Of a stretch of DNA of 64,000 nt, positions 38,865 to 52,205 are shown piece after piece. Both the position numbers and the translations under genes were made by a program. Within the stretch, counting starts at the first letter, position 1; the number at the start of each line of letters is the position of its first letter. Source of the stretch: Camelus dromedarius (taxonomy: Eukaryota); NCBI RefSeq assembly GCF_036321535.1, contig NC_087437.1, positions 2,356,001 to 2,420,000 on the forward strand. The letters run 5' to 3'. The notes below the pieces were generated by a model. That model did not search any database, had not been told where the DNA came from, and saw only the letters and a list, made by a program, of their open reading frames with translations.

Positions 38865-41619
38865 GTAGGATTACTTAATTTCCTACTTTTAAACAAAAAT
38901 ATATGAATTTTAAAGCCATGTGGGCTGAAATAAAACAATGTTCTGTTTCAAGCTTAAATTTTATTTAATGGCTTACAATATGTTATTTCCAGTTAAAGTA
39001 GAAAAATGTGAATGTGTTTTTATGGGATATTTAAACATTGTGGTATTGGTTTTAAATAAATCCTTGAGAAATTCTCAGACAGAATTTGAACATACAGTTA
39101 TAAAACATATATTTTGCTTTATAATGGAATTTTGTAGGATAACTGAATAATATCTGAAGGTTTAGAAAGAAGAGGTGATGTAAGTATCCACTGTATTACT
39201 TCTACTGCACACATACAACATTAATATTATATTTTGAAAGTGTAGAGTAATTATCTCTTTCTGCAATTCACAGATCTCAGCTGGTAGTTTTCATTTAGGA
39301 TCTTTAGGCAAACTTTTAGGAAGCAGTGCCTTATTTAAATAAAAACTTGCTAAAAATTACCAAATTTTAAATGACAGAAGTGACCTAGTTATCTGGGCCT
39401 ATAATTTTAGACCATTTTAAATAGCTTTGTAGACACTTCCTCACAACATTAAGAAGTACAATTTGTACTGTTCACACTTGCTTGACTTTTATCCAGCTGC
39501 TTAAAGTAAGTTCTGTCGGGCATTAATGAAGGGCAGTAAACAGCCTCAAAATTTTAGAATATTCATAAAAAAAGAAAATTAAAAGCTCTGATACAGGAAA
39601 GCCTTAAAACACACTGAAAAGAAGCATTCATGTACATCACAGATGTACAGTAGACAGTACTTTGAGCAATTTCAAAGGAATCTAAACACAAGTTTACCAA
39701 AAAAATAAAATCAGTTTTTAAAATTTGACATTTTCAAAAGAGAATGAAGAGAAACCTCATCATTTCAATACCTTAGAAATTAGTGAGTGCATGCAATCTT
39801 ATATTCACTTACCAATAAATCCATCCTTTTAAAGATATTGACTTTTTAATTATAATTTCTGGTTCTAAGCCTTATAGTGCTAGTATATTTGTGAATCTAC
39901 TTACAAAAGTAATGTACTTTTAAAAATATGGATAGCATTATATAAATGAGGTAAATGTACCTTTATATATAAAATTCATTCTTTGTCAAATATGATAATT
40001 TTATTGGCCCTTATTAGCATGATTTTGGTTGTCTAGAAGGCTTTGTTTTAAATTTTATCATCAAAGGGAAAATGAGATAGCTAGAGGTATTACTGTCATG
40101 CCTCAGTTTATTTTTCTATCATTAATAAACTTAAAATTATGGAATTTGATCTTGAATGCTTTATAAAGCATGTTTTTGATAGGGTGAATGTTATAAGGAT
40201 ACAAGTTAGGTTTCTCTAGGATAAATACATCAAGTAAGTAACAAGTTGTAACAACTTTGAAATTAATGAACAACTCATGAAATTAATATGAGCCAGTACA
40301 TATGTGTTCTAATTGTTGAAATTGCCCATGTTCTTTAAGAATTTACATTAAGCACAACATACATTGTGCTCATTTAAAACTACATAATTAAAAACATTGT
40401 CTCATCCTTTGGCTAAATTAGACTTCTGGTTAATAGAGCTTGACAAGAGATATTAGGAAATATTAGGGAAGTGACAGGAGAGTAAAAACTAAACTGCGTT
40501 AATGAGTCAGAAATAGCACAGTCCAATTCAAATGAAGGGAGAAAATCCAAGCTCAGAAATCAGTAAGAATGTGGTGAAATCTGAAGCACAAAAACAGTAT
40601 TCCAGCACCCAGATTCTCATCCCTCCCACAACTCACCACGGATAGTTGAAAATTCCCTAACTTTGACTCAGAATGAAGTGACGGCTATGTCATCAATATA
40701 AACTAATAAAGCATGAAGTTAAAACAGTGACAAAAAGTAGTCTGAAAGACTATTTCTCTTTTCTCAAAGGAAATTAAGAGAATCACTGAAAATAAAAATA
40801 AAAGCCCTTTGATTTAAATGTGTTTAGCAAAAAAATTATCTGTGCATTGTTATCTTAAAATGCGTATTTTTCTAAAAGTGATTCTCACACTATCTGCACC
40901 AGAGTTTAGCTATGTTAGACTCTCCTGAAGAGCTGTCTAAAACAAAAATAGTTGTCTCTTGCCCCTAGAGTTTCTAATTCAATATGACCCGTGAGGACTG
41001 CAAATGTGTATTTCTACCAAATTCTTGAGATGCTGCACTGAACTCAAACAGCACCAATGAGGAAGATCCTCCTTTATCTTCTCCCCTGCTATATCCACAC
41101 ACCTCAACCCAAGCATTTTCTCTTCTATTCTGAATCCGGGGTTGGGGGGAGTGTGGAGCTGGGGAAGAAGTAAAATGAAGAGAGGAGAATAGAAAGGTGA
41201 TGATGGTATTAGTTTCTGTACTTGCACAGATGGACTGGATCTAAATTCCTATGATTAGATGAGAGAGGAAATAAAAGTGCTTGCTTGAGAAAGACACTAA
41301 GACACTAGGCATAAGAATTCAACTGGCATCTCCTGACCACAGGCAACACGGGTTAGACAGGAGCTCATTTTCACTTGTGCCTACAAACTGGGAGCATGGG
41401 GGGCACAAGTGCAACCTGGTGGGAAAGGAAAAGGGATAATTGATGTCTTGGAGTCATCAGGCAGGTGGAATAGAAAGTCGATGATTCTCTGAAACTACTG
41501 AAGGATGTGTTAGTTGGGAGTGCTAATAATTTGAAAATAAAATGGAGTTTATGAGCTACAGTAATTGCAGAAAATGAAAGATATAACATAAGAATACTTG
41601 AAGAGTCTCTCATAACAGT

Positions 41620-43620
41620 GAAACCCTCTTCTACAGCAGTAGAGAAAAGCCAAGTGTAACAGATGGAATGCCCAGCCCTCAAGAGACTTCCATTCTAGTT
41701 GGCAGGTGCTGCTTTGAGGAACCATTCCGTCCTTTTCCTAGACTGTATATTGTTGTATGACCCCAAGGGAAGACACAAGGACACCAGTGAGGAAGGTGCT
41801 ATGATGTACATCCTAGAGGTGGTGGTGACTGACACTGCCCCCAGGAAGTCACATGATGGTGATAATTAAGGGCCAGATTTGGAATATATTTCTAAAGGGA
41901 AGAGTCAATATTTTGCTGAAGGACTGGATGTGAATCAAGAGATAAAAAGAAGTCGAGGATAATGCTAATCTTTCTTTTTTGCTCCATTGAAATGTTGAAA
42001 TATATTTATCTAAAATGAGAAAATGTGTGTAAAAAGCAGCATGGTTGGGAAGGGTGGAAATCAAGAAATCAGTTTGGGCATGTTGGCTGCAATAGCTAAG
42101 TGGGAACCCTGAGAGAGGCATTCAGATGCATAAGTTTCCATTCTAGAGGAAAGGTCTCAGCTTCATATATGTGTTTGAATTACAGTAACAAAGACATGGC
42201 ATTTAAAGCAGGAAACTGGATGGGTTACCTTGAAGGGAGCTTGGACAGGGAAGTGGGAGGTCTGCAGATGAGACCCTGGGCACTCTTCTATTTGAGGAAA
42301 TTAAAGGACAGGAAAATAAAACTAAGAAGTTGCAGTCAGTGAGTCAGGGCTATAAAAATCATCACAGGAAATAGGAAATACTTTAAGAATATTAGGACAG
42401 TGCTATATTATCTCAAACAATGTGGCTAAATATAGTTAGAGGAAATGAGAACTGATCTTTGCAATTGGAAATTGGAAATAAGGACTCCCTTGAAAAGAGC
42501 AGTCAGACAGAATGGTGTGGAAAATATTGGGTAGACCCATTTCACAGGTGAATGGAGGGAAAGAAATGGACTTTTCCTATAAAAGGTATTAGGAATATAG
42601 AGCAATGGAGTGGCAGCTGAAGGACATTCAAAATTGGCCATCTTTAAACAGTAGGAGAGATGGGCTGGGGTGCGGCACACAAACAGAGGAGCGGGCTTAG
42701 GCAGGACAGTGGACACTACATCAATTACAATGGAGACAAAGCAGGATATTTGTACTGATTTAGGTATTTTGAATATGTGGGGTTGAATCATTTGGAAAGT
42801 GTCTTCTGATTGTTCTATTTCTCAAGCAAAATAAGAAGTCATGTGAAATGAAAAGGTGTGAAGTCATCCACATGAGTAGGAGGAAAATGGAGCATTACTG
42901 ATATGCAGCAATAATGGACTCCTTGAAGCTAGTGATCATGGATTAAGAGTGAGTTCAGTCTACAGTACTGTGCAGTATCCTCAGATACAGGAAGTTATTC
43001 ACATGTTCACATGAAACAGCTTGGGTGTTTAATTCAACTAAAATTGGGTCTTGATCGGGCTACAGTAATGGAGAGAAGAGGGCAGGGGATTTTCAGGCAT
43101 ATGCAAGAAGTGAATATAGAAATGAGCCACATAATCTAATTCAATAGGTAAGGGTACAGGGAGAGACTAAAAGACATTTGAGAGTTGGTAGGGGCAATGG
43201 ATTATGGGGTTGAAGAGTTATTTTCAGAGCATGAGAAGGAGAGAGCTAAAAAGGAGAATGAGGCCGTTGATGGAGCATGAGATCTTTGACATTAAGATGA
43301 TGGCAGGAACATCACGTGCGATGGTTTTGGAGCATGGACAACCCTGCAGTGGAAGTAGGTTGGAGGTAGAATGAAGACTGAGATTTTGAGCTGAGACAGC
43401 CTCCTCCTCTGAGAAGCTAGGGTTCTAACTGGGTCAACTCTGCAGATATTGAAATAACTAAGTGAGACTGGGATTGTATCAGAGGAAGGTGTGATGGGCA
43501 AGTTGTCAATCACTGAATTAGAATGAGAAGAACGCCCAGGAGGGTTAGCTGTTAAGGACAGCACAGGAGGAGACAGGGAAGGTACCATCAAATAACTGCG
43601 ATGTTTAAGGAGGAGGATGT
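41620..43620 (-). mobile_element. Long degenerate L2
   Basis: Purine-rich antisense L2 motifs (gccagatttggaatatattt, ggactggatgtg, aatcaagaaatcagtttgggcatg). Confidence 0.65.
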
Positions 43621-43954
43621 AACATGATTGGGAGGTTTCTGTGGTGAATGGTGATCAGGGGTTCAGGCTGGTGGCCTCGAAGATAGATCAGACGGGGGCA
43701 GTTGTGAGAATCGGCATTAAGTCAGGGGTGTGCGGGCTGGTCAGGTGCTCAGGGAGCTCAATAGACAGCCCGGAAGCTCCTCCAGAGTCAGTGCTGAGGA
43801 TCCGGGTCAGCCCTCTGAGGAGCGCTGGGCAGTGGCCAGAGGGGCATCATGACCTGGCAGGCAGATTCTGAGCGATCTTGGCTGCACACCAGAGCGGGAA
43901 GGGCCTGGACCACTAGACCACATGAGGGCTTGGAGACACTGCTGGTACTGCCAT

Positions 43955-43960
43955 CACACA

Positions 43961-43992
<32 letters not shown>
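43955..43992. repeat. (CA)n microsatellite
   Basis: Directly visible. Confidence 0.95.
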
Positions 43993-45089
43993 GCACAGAG
44001 ACACACACCTGCCTATTTTAATATTTACTGAATGTAATGCCTCTAATATTTTCTACATATAAAGATGATCACATTCTGAATATTTGGAATGAAATGAGGA
44101 AACATAAATCAGGAAATCGATGTTAATGAAACTACTCAGTGTCTTTCTCTTACATCAGTTTGTCTTTTTCTTCCAGCCTGAAACTCAATCATTTAAACAA
44201 ATATTTACTGAGAGTTACTTTTGTAAAATATGCCAGAAACTCGATATTGGAAAAATAAGCACTATGCTTTTTAAAAAAAAGCAGAATTTTTGTTCTATAT
44301 ACAGATTTTTGCTTTCTGAACCTTTTATTTTCTACCCTCAAATTCAAAGATATTTCCTGGAATAATGATGTTCTATTTTATTCTCTTAGCTTATTGTTTT
44401 GTTTTGGGTTTTTTTTTCCTGTTTCCTACTCACGGAGTCGCAATTATAGCTTGCCCAACTTATGTGTCTATTCAATGTATTAAAATATGTTTTTTTTTCT
44501 CAAGTCAGTTTCAGCATTTCATTAGTCTGTGTGATGTCTCACCATGTCAGCCCTGGAGAGAGTTAGCATTTTCAGTTTCTGTCACAAATCAACCTAATTA
44601 AGCATGCATCGTGACTTTGAAATAGAGTGTTGGACCACAGAATTGTATAGGTAGACAGATTTCAACATATAATAAAGTTACATTTTTACATTAATTTTGG
44701 GGGAAAAAAATCACACTTTTGGATGAGGAGTTTGCTAATAATGGAAGGTTTCCACTTGGTGGCTCACTAGTTCTTAACCAACAGGAAACCTCAATCTCTT
44801 GGGGTTAATTATCTCAAAAGCTTAGTGGCTATATTTTTCTTTCCTTGAAATCAGTAGCTGTATGTGTAAGTCCAACTTTCCCTTTCAAATAAATCATTCT
44901 GCAATTTAACTGAGAAAAAATTTGTTAAAGTTTAAGCACAATATTAATATTTCTGATTATGGTTTGAAACTCTATTACAATTGAAAGTATCTGGGACACC
45001 ATTGACATTTTACCATCACGAATAGCTTCTGCCGCCATGAATATAATTTTGTATTCCCCGGGGACTGGTATAGAGGTCACCCTGCCACC

Positions 45090-45103
45090 TGGCCCCCTAG
45101 TGG
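45090..45103 (-). promoter_or_regulatory. CTCF motif
   Basis: Minus strand CCACTAGGGGGCCA, strong core match. Confidence 0.5.
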
Positions 45104-45369
45104 TTCATTTTGAAAATACATGTATAATCCTTTCTTCCATTACTCCTGGACCTACTCATTTCTCTGCAAATAATAAATAATAAGACACCACGACAGAAGT
45201 TAGTACAGAGCTATGTACGTAAGGTTTGAATTAGTACCGTGTAACCTCTACATCTTCCAGGGGACACCATATCAAATGAACCTTAGTGCCAGTCTGTTCT
45301 GCACAGCCTCCAACACTTCAGTATCCAATACACTGTTCCCTCAGGATCTCATTTTGTCAGCAGCAAATT

Positions 45370-46140
45370 TTCCAATGCCACATTCTCTTTGCATTTTTTC
45401 ATTTCTTTTTCTGACTGAAACCTGAGGACCTGTAGTCCTCTTGGGTGGCTCTATTCATTTGTTGCCATTTCTACACCATTTCTCTTCTTCCCCCTCAAAA
45501 GCCTGTCCATGTTCATCAATGGCTATGCCGTGGACCATTCTCCCTCGAACTCTGTTTCTTTCTCCCAAGGCTCCTTTCAAGCATCTCCTCTCCTCTTAGT
45601 TCCTGTCCATCCCCAGGCTTGTGTCCCTTTCTCTAACACTGTTGTCAGCATTCTTCATGATATCAGTACCTATCTTGCAAATTCACCCATCTTGGTTGCT
45701 TAAATCCTTTGACAATTATTTTATGATATTTTCCCCTCCTCCTCCTGGTCTTGGTCCATTTCCCGTGGTCATGGCTTTTAATTCATCATGACCTGTAATT
45801 ACATGCCCTGCAACACCTTGATTTAAATGTTTCCACTCTCTGATCATCACTTCATGTACTTCAAGCTCACTCAATCACATATCCTAATATTGAAATTCTG
45901 TCATGTTTTCCTACCACCAACAGGTACCTCTAGTTACCTGGTTGAAATTCCTCTTCTCTGCTCATCACCCTCAGCATACATGTATATTCAGTTTCAAATT
46001 CTGTATCTCCCTTGTTTCATGTTTTGTTGACCTGAAAACACCAAACCAGTTTAATTCTGCATCCAACCAGGTAAACTGGTGTCCATTTCCATACAAACCT
46101 GATGTGGCATCTCAAACTTCATATATTATGAAGAAATGGT
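45370..46140 (+). mobile_element. Degenerate L2 ORF-region fragment
   Basis: Pyrimidine-rich L2 motifs (ctgactgaaacctgaggac, ccactctctgatcatcac). Confidence 0.5.
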
Positions 46141-46150
46141 TGATTTTTGC

Positions 46151-46292
46151 TTTTTTTTTTTTTTTTTTTTTTTTTTTTGGTAAGGGAGGTAATTAGGTTT
46201 ATTTATTTATTTTTAGAGGAGGTACTCAGGATTGAACCCAGGACCTTGTGTATGTTAAGCATTCACTCTACCACTTGAACTATACCCTCCCC
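46151..46292 (-). mobile_element. tRNA-derived SINE (camelid-type)
   Basis: Minus strand ggggagggtatagttcaagtggtagag...cctgggttcaatcc...aaataaataaacctaattacc plus poly(A). TSD tggttgatttt / tggttgacttt. Confidence 0.9.
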
Positions 46293-46619
46293 TGTGGTTG
46301 ACTTTTAATCCCAGGATTAAACTTGCTTTTCTGCCAGTGTTCTTTATTTGATCCATCATTTCTTTCATTTGTCTTTCAGCCTGCTTCTGGTATATCAGTA
46401 AATCTTTTAAGTTCCCCATAAATATATATCATGTGTATGAACATTTTTATTCATTTATTTACTTTTTCTATTTACTATTTACTATTTACATTTATTCACT
46501 TATTTATATAAAAGTGACTCTCTTGTTAAAACTACCAAAATTTCTCATCTGGAAATCTCATTAGCCTCCCACGTTCCGTCCCTGCTTTGACTCCCCATTC
46601 AACTGTATGTAGGATGGTG

Positions 46620-47240
46620 AGTGAATGTCTCATTGAGAAAGCGAGTGTCTGGGCAGTGGTTAGAGTGAGGCAAAGGGACACGCCGCTATCTCGAGCGTTC
46701 ACAGCAGAGGCAGAACCCAATGCCAAGTCCCTGTCTATTCAGATCCTACTCATGAGGCTGGTGTGGCAGGTCAGGGGAAGACAAGGAGAAGCAGTGCGGA
46801 TGGGCAGGAAACTGGAGCTGCGGGCACATGCTGACCGGGAATGCCATTTTAAGGCCATTGACTTTTACCCTACGGTGAATAGGAAGCACAGCAGGGCTGC
46901 TGGCAAGTGGGTGACTTATTTTGCATATACTTTAAAGGGATGCTTTGGCTGCCATGTTGGAGAACAACTGTAGAGAAGGACAGATAGATGCGAAGAGCTC
47001 AGTTAAGAGCTAATGCAGTGATCTGGGCAGGAGAGGATAGCGATTCGAAGCAGGATGGGAGAGGGGACATGTAAGAAGTGGCTAGATTATGGATGGACTT
47101 TTAAGATGGACTTGATAGGATATTCCCTTATACTGGTTTGAGTTTAAAAGAGTATAATTAATGATTCTATAGTTTTTAGCTGAGCAGTTAAAAGGCAGAA
47201 TTGCCATCATTTGAATGGTGAGAGCTACAGATAAAGCAGA
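46620..47240 (-). mobile_element. L2 fragment
   Basis: ccattttaaggccattgacttttaccct...ctttggctgcc...agttaagagctaatgcagtgatctgggc. Confidence 0.65.
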
Positions 47241-49328
47241 ATTGAAATGTTTTTTCTTCCTTATCATCTCTTTTGTACACAAGAGAATGTATTTGTTTTA
47301 AAATCATGTTACTCCCCTGCCACTCTCCCTCAGTGGGTTCCTGTAACATTTAAATAAAATCTAAAGTACTTTAAATGTGTATCATGCTGGCTGTATTTTG
47401 TCTCTGCCTTTCCCTCCACCATTACCTTCTACTACAGTGCCTCTGAGTACTGAGTTTCTGCCACTTTGATCCACAAGAAGTTTCTTGAATACCTTAAGCA
47501 TCTGCTTCAAATCCCTGTATTTGTTGGTTTTCTATCTATGACACATTTTAACCAGAAATTATGGTGCTCAATGTTCATTTCATTTAGGATTTTACTCAAA
47601 TACCATCTCCTCAAAGATGTCTTTCTTGTTGAGTTTAATAAACATTCCTAAAACAGCTCTTCTCCACTACTCTCTCTGCTTTAACCTGTCCTTATTTTTT
47701 AAATTTTATAGCCCTTATCACAGTCTATCATTATATTTTATGCATTTATGATTTTCTGTGCCACAGTCTAAGCACACAGTAAGCCAGAGAAATGGCTGTT
47801 TTATTATTTTTAATATTGACTTTCTGTCTCCTGGGATTAAAGTCTATCATGCTCATTTGAATGGCCAAAATACAGAGACTTGCTCTGATAACTTAATTTT
47901 AAGGTTTGAAGAACCTATGAAATAGGATGCATTGTGTCTTTAGATCTGGATAGTGACTCAGTTGTCCAGTTTATGCCAAAAAGATAAACTGATGAAATGA
48001 GTGATCTATTGTTATACACTTGTCTGTGCCCATAAGAGTCTCAGACTGAGCATCCAGCAATATTGCAAAGCTTCTATTTTAAGAATGGTTTTACTTACTT
48101 CAAAGGCTTTTTCTAAGAAATGGAACATGACAGTGTTGAAATTGATACAAGTAACTCTGCATCGGAATCTTCATTTATACATGATGAATCCAAAGATGAC
48201 AAAAGTAAACACAAAGCTCTATTTGAGACAAAAATTACAACTTACTTATAATAGAATAGTTCAGCCCCCCACCCCAAAATACACCAAGAACCTCCTCCAA
48301 GTCCTCAAACAAGTGATAAGAGTATTTCAAGATTACAGAGTCAGAGAAAACAATTTTGAGTTAATTTACAACTATCTCCTTTCAATTTCCAGGAATAGTA
48401 TTGAGTTTCAAAGAGCTATTTCAGCTCTTTCAGCTGAAAACTTTTAAGCAAGGATATACTAAGTAGCCAAAAGGGACACTGTCTTTGATGCATACTGTCT
48501 TTGAAGCTAGCTTGTTAAAAAAATCAAATAATATTTAATTTTCAAGTTTCTTTGTTTTGTTCTATGTTTTATGGTTACTTCATTATTTAATGCATTGCTT
48601 CAATAATTTTCTACCATTCACTTACAATGGCATTATACATTGTTTTATTTTATAAAATTTATAATTTCCTAGATACATTGAAAAAATGTCTATTCTAACA
48701 ACTTGTATTTGAAATATATTAAATATTTACATTCACTGATTTTTTATTTTATTTTATGAGTTCTCTACACTTAAAAAATAAACAGCTGCAATTAATGCCG
48801 GCATCTCTGTATTACTGAAGGATTTACCACAATGCCAGTGATGCCATTTTGCTCTGGGATTGCTGACATTATTCTGCACTTCTGGATGCTGCGTCCCCTC
48901 ATAGCCTGACACTTCTCTTTAAAATGAGTAGCATGTATTCCATTGGTAATTGAACAAAGTTTGGGGAACTCTGTCCAAGAAAGAGAGTAAAGCCAATTGT
49001 CCAATAAGTATTGGCCTAACTGACAAAATGCAGCCCAATAATGGAGATGCTTTTAAGGCAGTTATAGGAAATCATCTTGAGAAACAAACACAGGGGGAGA
49101 GGATAAAGTTGTTTTCTTTCTTTTCTCCTAGCTTTTCCACTGAGATATTTTATTTCCATTATCTTTCTTTTCTTTCTTCATGTGTATCTTTGCAATTCCT
49201 CTCTGCTTTTCCATATATTATCTCCCTTTTTACCACTGAAAATGATACCTTTAACCTATTCATCATAATCATTTATATCCCACTTACCCTCCAGTCTCCT
49301 GAAAATATTTTCTGTTTCCTAATAGTTT

Positions 49329-49677
49329 TGAAGAGTAAAAACCCACAAAGGGACCAGCAAGACCTCCAAGGCAAGGCCATTGCCTTCCCACTTTTGTGCT
49401 TCTGTAAATCTGCTTGCTTCTAGGAAAATGAAACTTACCCCTAAAATTCCATTGGTTCTCAAAAGCTCGTTCCAGATTGGTCCATTTCTAACACCTAATT
49501 TGCACATGGTGCAAACTTAATCAAAACCTAAAACCCTATAAAATCCTGTGTAAACCTACAAATGGGGTCCAGAGCTTGGAGTGTTAACTCCTCTGGGCCC
49601 ACAGGTGAAATAAACCCGAGTACTCCAACCCTCCGAGTGTCACTTTGTCTCTCAACAGAATTCAGGTTTCTGCAACA
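49329..49677 (+). mobile_element. Solo LTR, ERV1-like, promoter elements recognisable
   Basis: TG...CA termini. Inverted CCAAT at 49451 and 49476, TATAAAA 49537-49543, AATAAA 49609-49614. Confidence 0.7.
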
Positions 49678-51734
49678 TTTTCATGTTGATTATAAAATAA
49701 TAGTTTGTATAAAATATAACTATCCATTGGCTATTCTAGGCAAATAATGATCTGAAATGGGTTTCTCACTTCTCTCCTCATATTTAAAGCAACCGCATTC
49801 TTTGACCAAAATTGTCGGTGGAAACCTTGTGTGACTAAAATGAGTTAGGTCTCAGCCTCTCTCAACAAAGCAATTCTGCAGACTTTTCTGACTTTGTCAG
49901 CTAGGTAAGCATTTGTAAGTTAGTATAAGGAACACTGGGACAATAGGCAGAAGAGAGTGGGTACGTTATCAGTACACTTTCACTAGTGAAGGTGGGTCAG
50001 AATCAGTCTACTTAGGTATTCTCCATCTCCTTTACCACAAAGAATCTACTCAGTTTTGAATTTAAGGATGGAAGGGATAAAAATGGGTTAGAATAAAATG
50101 GATACAATTTGAAGGGGTTAGAGTCTCTGGAGAAAAGAGAGGACAACTTAGATAACTATAGTTAAAATATGGAAAGAGGTTCAAAAGGAGAACAAAGACA
50201 TTTTGTGTACACAGCAAGACTGCAGCTACAAACTACTTTTGAATTAAACAGTTAATTTTAAAAATTCAAAGGGAAATAGTGACTCAAGTTACAGCAATCT
50301 AGAATGTTTCAATGGAAGAACTATTTTAAAGTGGAGTTAAAAATAAAGAAACGGGGATCTGCTTTGACCTCTCTGCTGTATACGTGACTCTTACTCTAAA
50401 TTTCTGCTAGACTGGTGGTAATTTGCCCATGAAGTTGTCCTTGGCAAACTTTGGGGGAAAAGCAACTACCAGAGCTTCCTGTCCACTTTCATTTGCTTTA
50501 TGTTTCTCTTGAAATATATCTGATTTTTCTTTTCTGTCATCTCCCACTAAAAGATAAACTACATGAGGGAAAGGAATTTGTTCATCAAAATATGCACCTA
50601 CTTGGAAGAATAACTATCTACAGTAGGAGCTCAAGAGTTATTTGTTGAAGAATTTAGTGGATAAATTATGCAATGACATGATGAAGAAAGCTGAGCATCT
50701 GGAAGAATAGATCGAGCTGGTCTAACACGTGAATGATAGCAGCTCTAGAAAGAGTAAAAAGAACACATGAAGGAGAAGCAATAATTAATCAAATTATAGA
50801 CAATTTCTCTGAGCTGGAGAAAATTATCGTTTGTAGCTAGGCGGCAGGCAGTAATAAAGCGACACAGAGTCCCAGCTTAGAAAGATGAAGGGAAATTGAA
50901 GTTACCTCACAGCTTCTATTGTTTCTCAATAGCTTTTGTACAGGAAATGTATAGGTGTCTTAATAGCTGTTCCAAGACAAAAATAAAAACACTCAGGAGG
51001 TGTGCTTATGTCACTGTCACTTGTCCATGCAGGTGTAAACTGGTCTGTGATGAGTAGTATTTTGTGACTCCACACATTTCCTACTGATTATTAATCAACT
51101 AGCTCTAGTCTTGTCATAGGGAGAAATTTAAGAGGGATGTAAGTCATGAATATATTCAAAAACTTCTCTCACACTTAAAATTTGACTTGATTTTATATCA
51201 TACCATTATAAGAGCAAGAACGGAAGAAGTTATAAGCATATATTTTATTATTTCTCTTGCTTTTTTTCAGTAGAATTTTTATATCAAGTGATAAAGTGAA
51301 TTAAAACAGCTCTATAAGAAGTGACAGCTTAATTTCTCTAAATTAGTGCGATTTCTGTGAATGGTTGAAACGCTTATATTTGTAAGAAACAAATATAAAC
51401 ACTTGAAATGCCTCAGAGAAAGTAAAAGTGCCAATATGTCTTCATTAATAATGACACAGAAAAATGAATAGGAAAAAAATCACCCTTGGAGAAATTTTTA
51501 CAATTTACGAGTTGCCTCTTAAAAATTTAAAAGAAATCACTGGCGAAACTATTTTTAAAAGTGTGGTGATTGACATGAATCTCATTTGTGTTGTATTTTA
51601 GATCAAGACAGTGCCTTTCCCTCCAGATGCTCATGAACAGGAGTTAAGGCCATAGTATCTGTGATCAGGAGCATCAGAAGTAGATACCACATAAACTGAA
51701 GGCATCACTTTCCTGAGCAGTTTCTGGGAATCCA

Positions 51735-52205
51735 GGTTATGGTTGGTTGAATAATGGCACCCCGAAATATGTGCATGTCCTAATCCCAAGAACCTATGAA
51801 TGTTATCTTTTATGAAAAAGAAACTTTGTAGATACAGTTAAGACAAGGTTCTTGATAGGAGGGGAGTATCCTAGATTATCCAGATGGGCTTGATTTAATC
51901 ACATGAATCCATATATGGGGGCCCCAGAAGGAGACAGGGACACAGAAAGTGATGTGGTGGCAGGCGGAGATTGGAGTGATGTTCTCTGAAGATGCAGGGA
52001 GAGTCCACTGGCCAAGGGATGTGGGTATCCACAAGATGCCAGAAAGGCACTAAAACAAGTCTCCCCTGAGAGCCATCCTAAAACCTTGACTTGATCCCGG
52101 CAGGATGGATTTCAGATGCCTCATCTCCAGAAATATAAAATAATAAATATTTCAAACTACTAACGTTATACTAATTTATTACAGCAGCAACAGGAAATAA
52201 GTACA
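51735..52205 (+). mobile_element. MaLR LTR (MLT1C/D-like)
   Basis: ggttgaataatggcacccc...gtcctaatccc...tagattatccagatgggc...ttacagcagcaacaggaaataagtaca. Confidence 0.85.

Noticed and set aside
46215..46292. tRNA gene
   Set aside because: tRNA-like head is followed by a SINE tail, poly(A) and TSDs, so it is a SINE.
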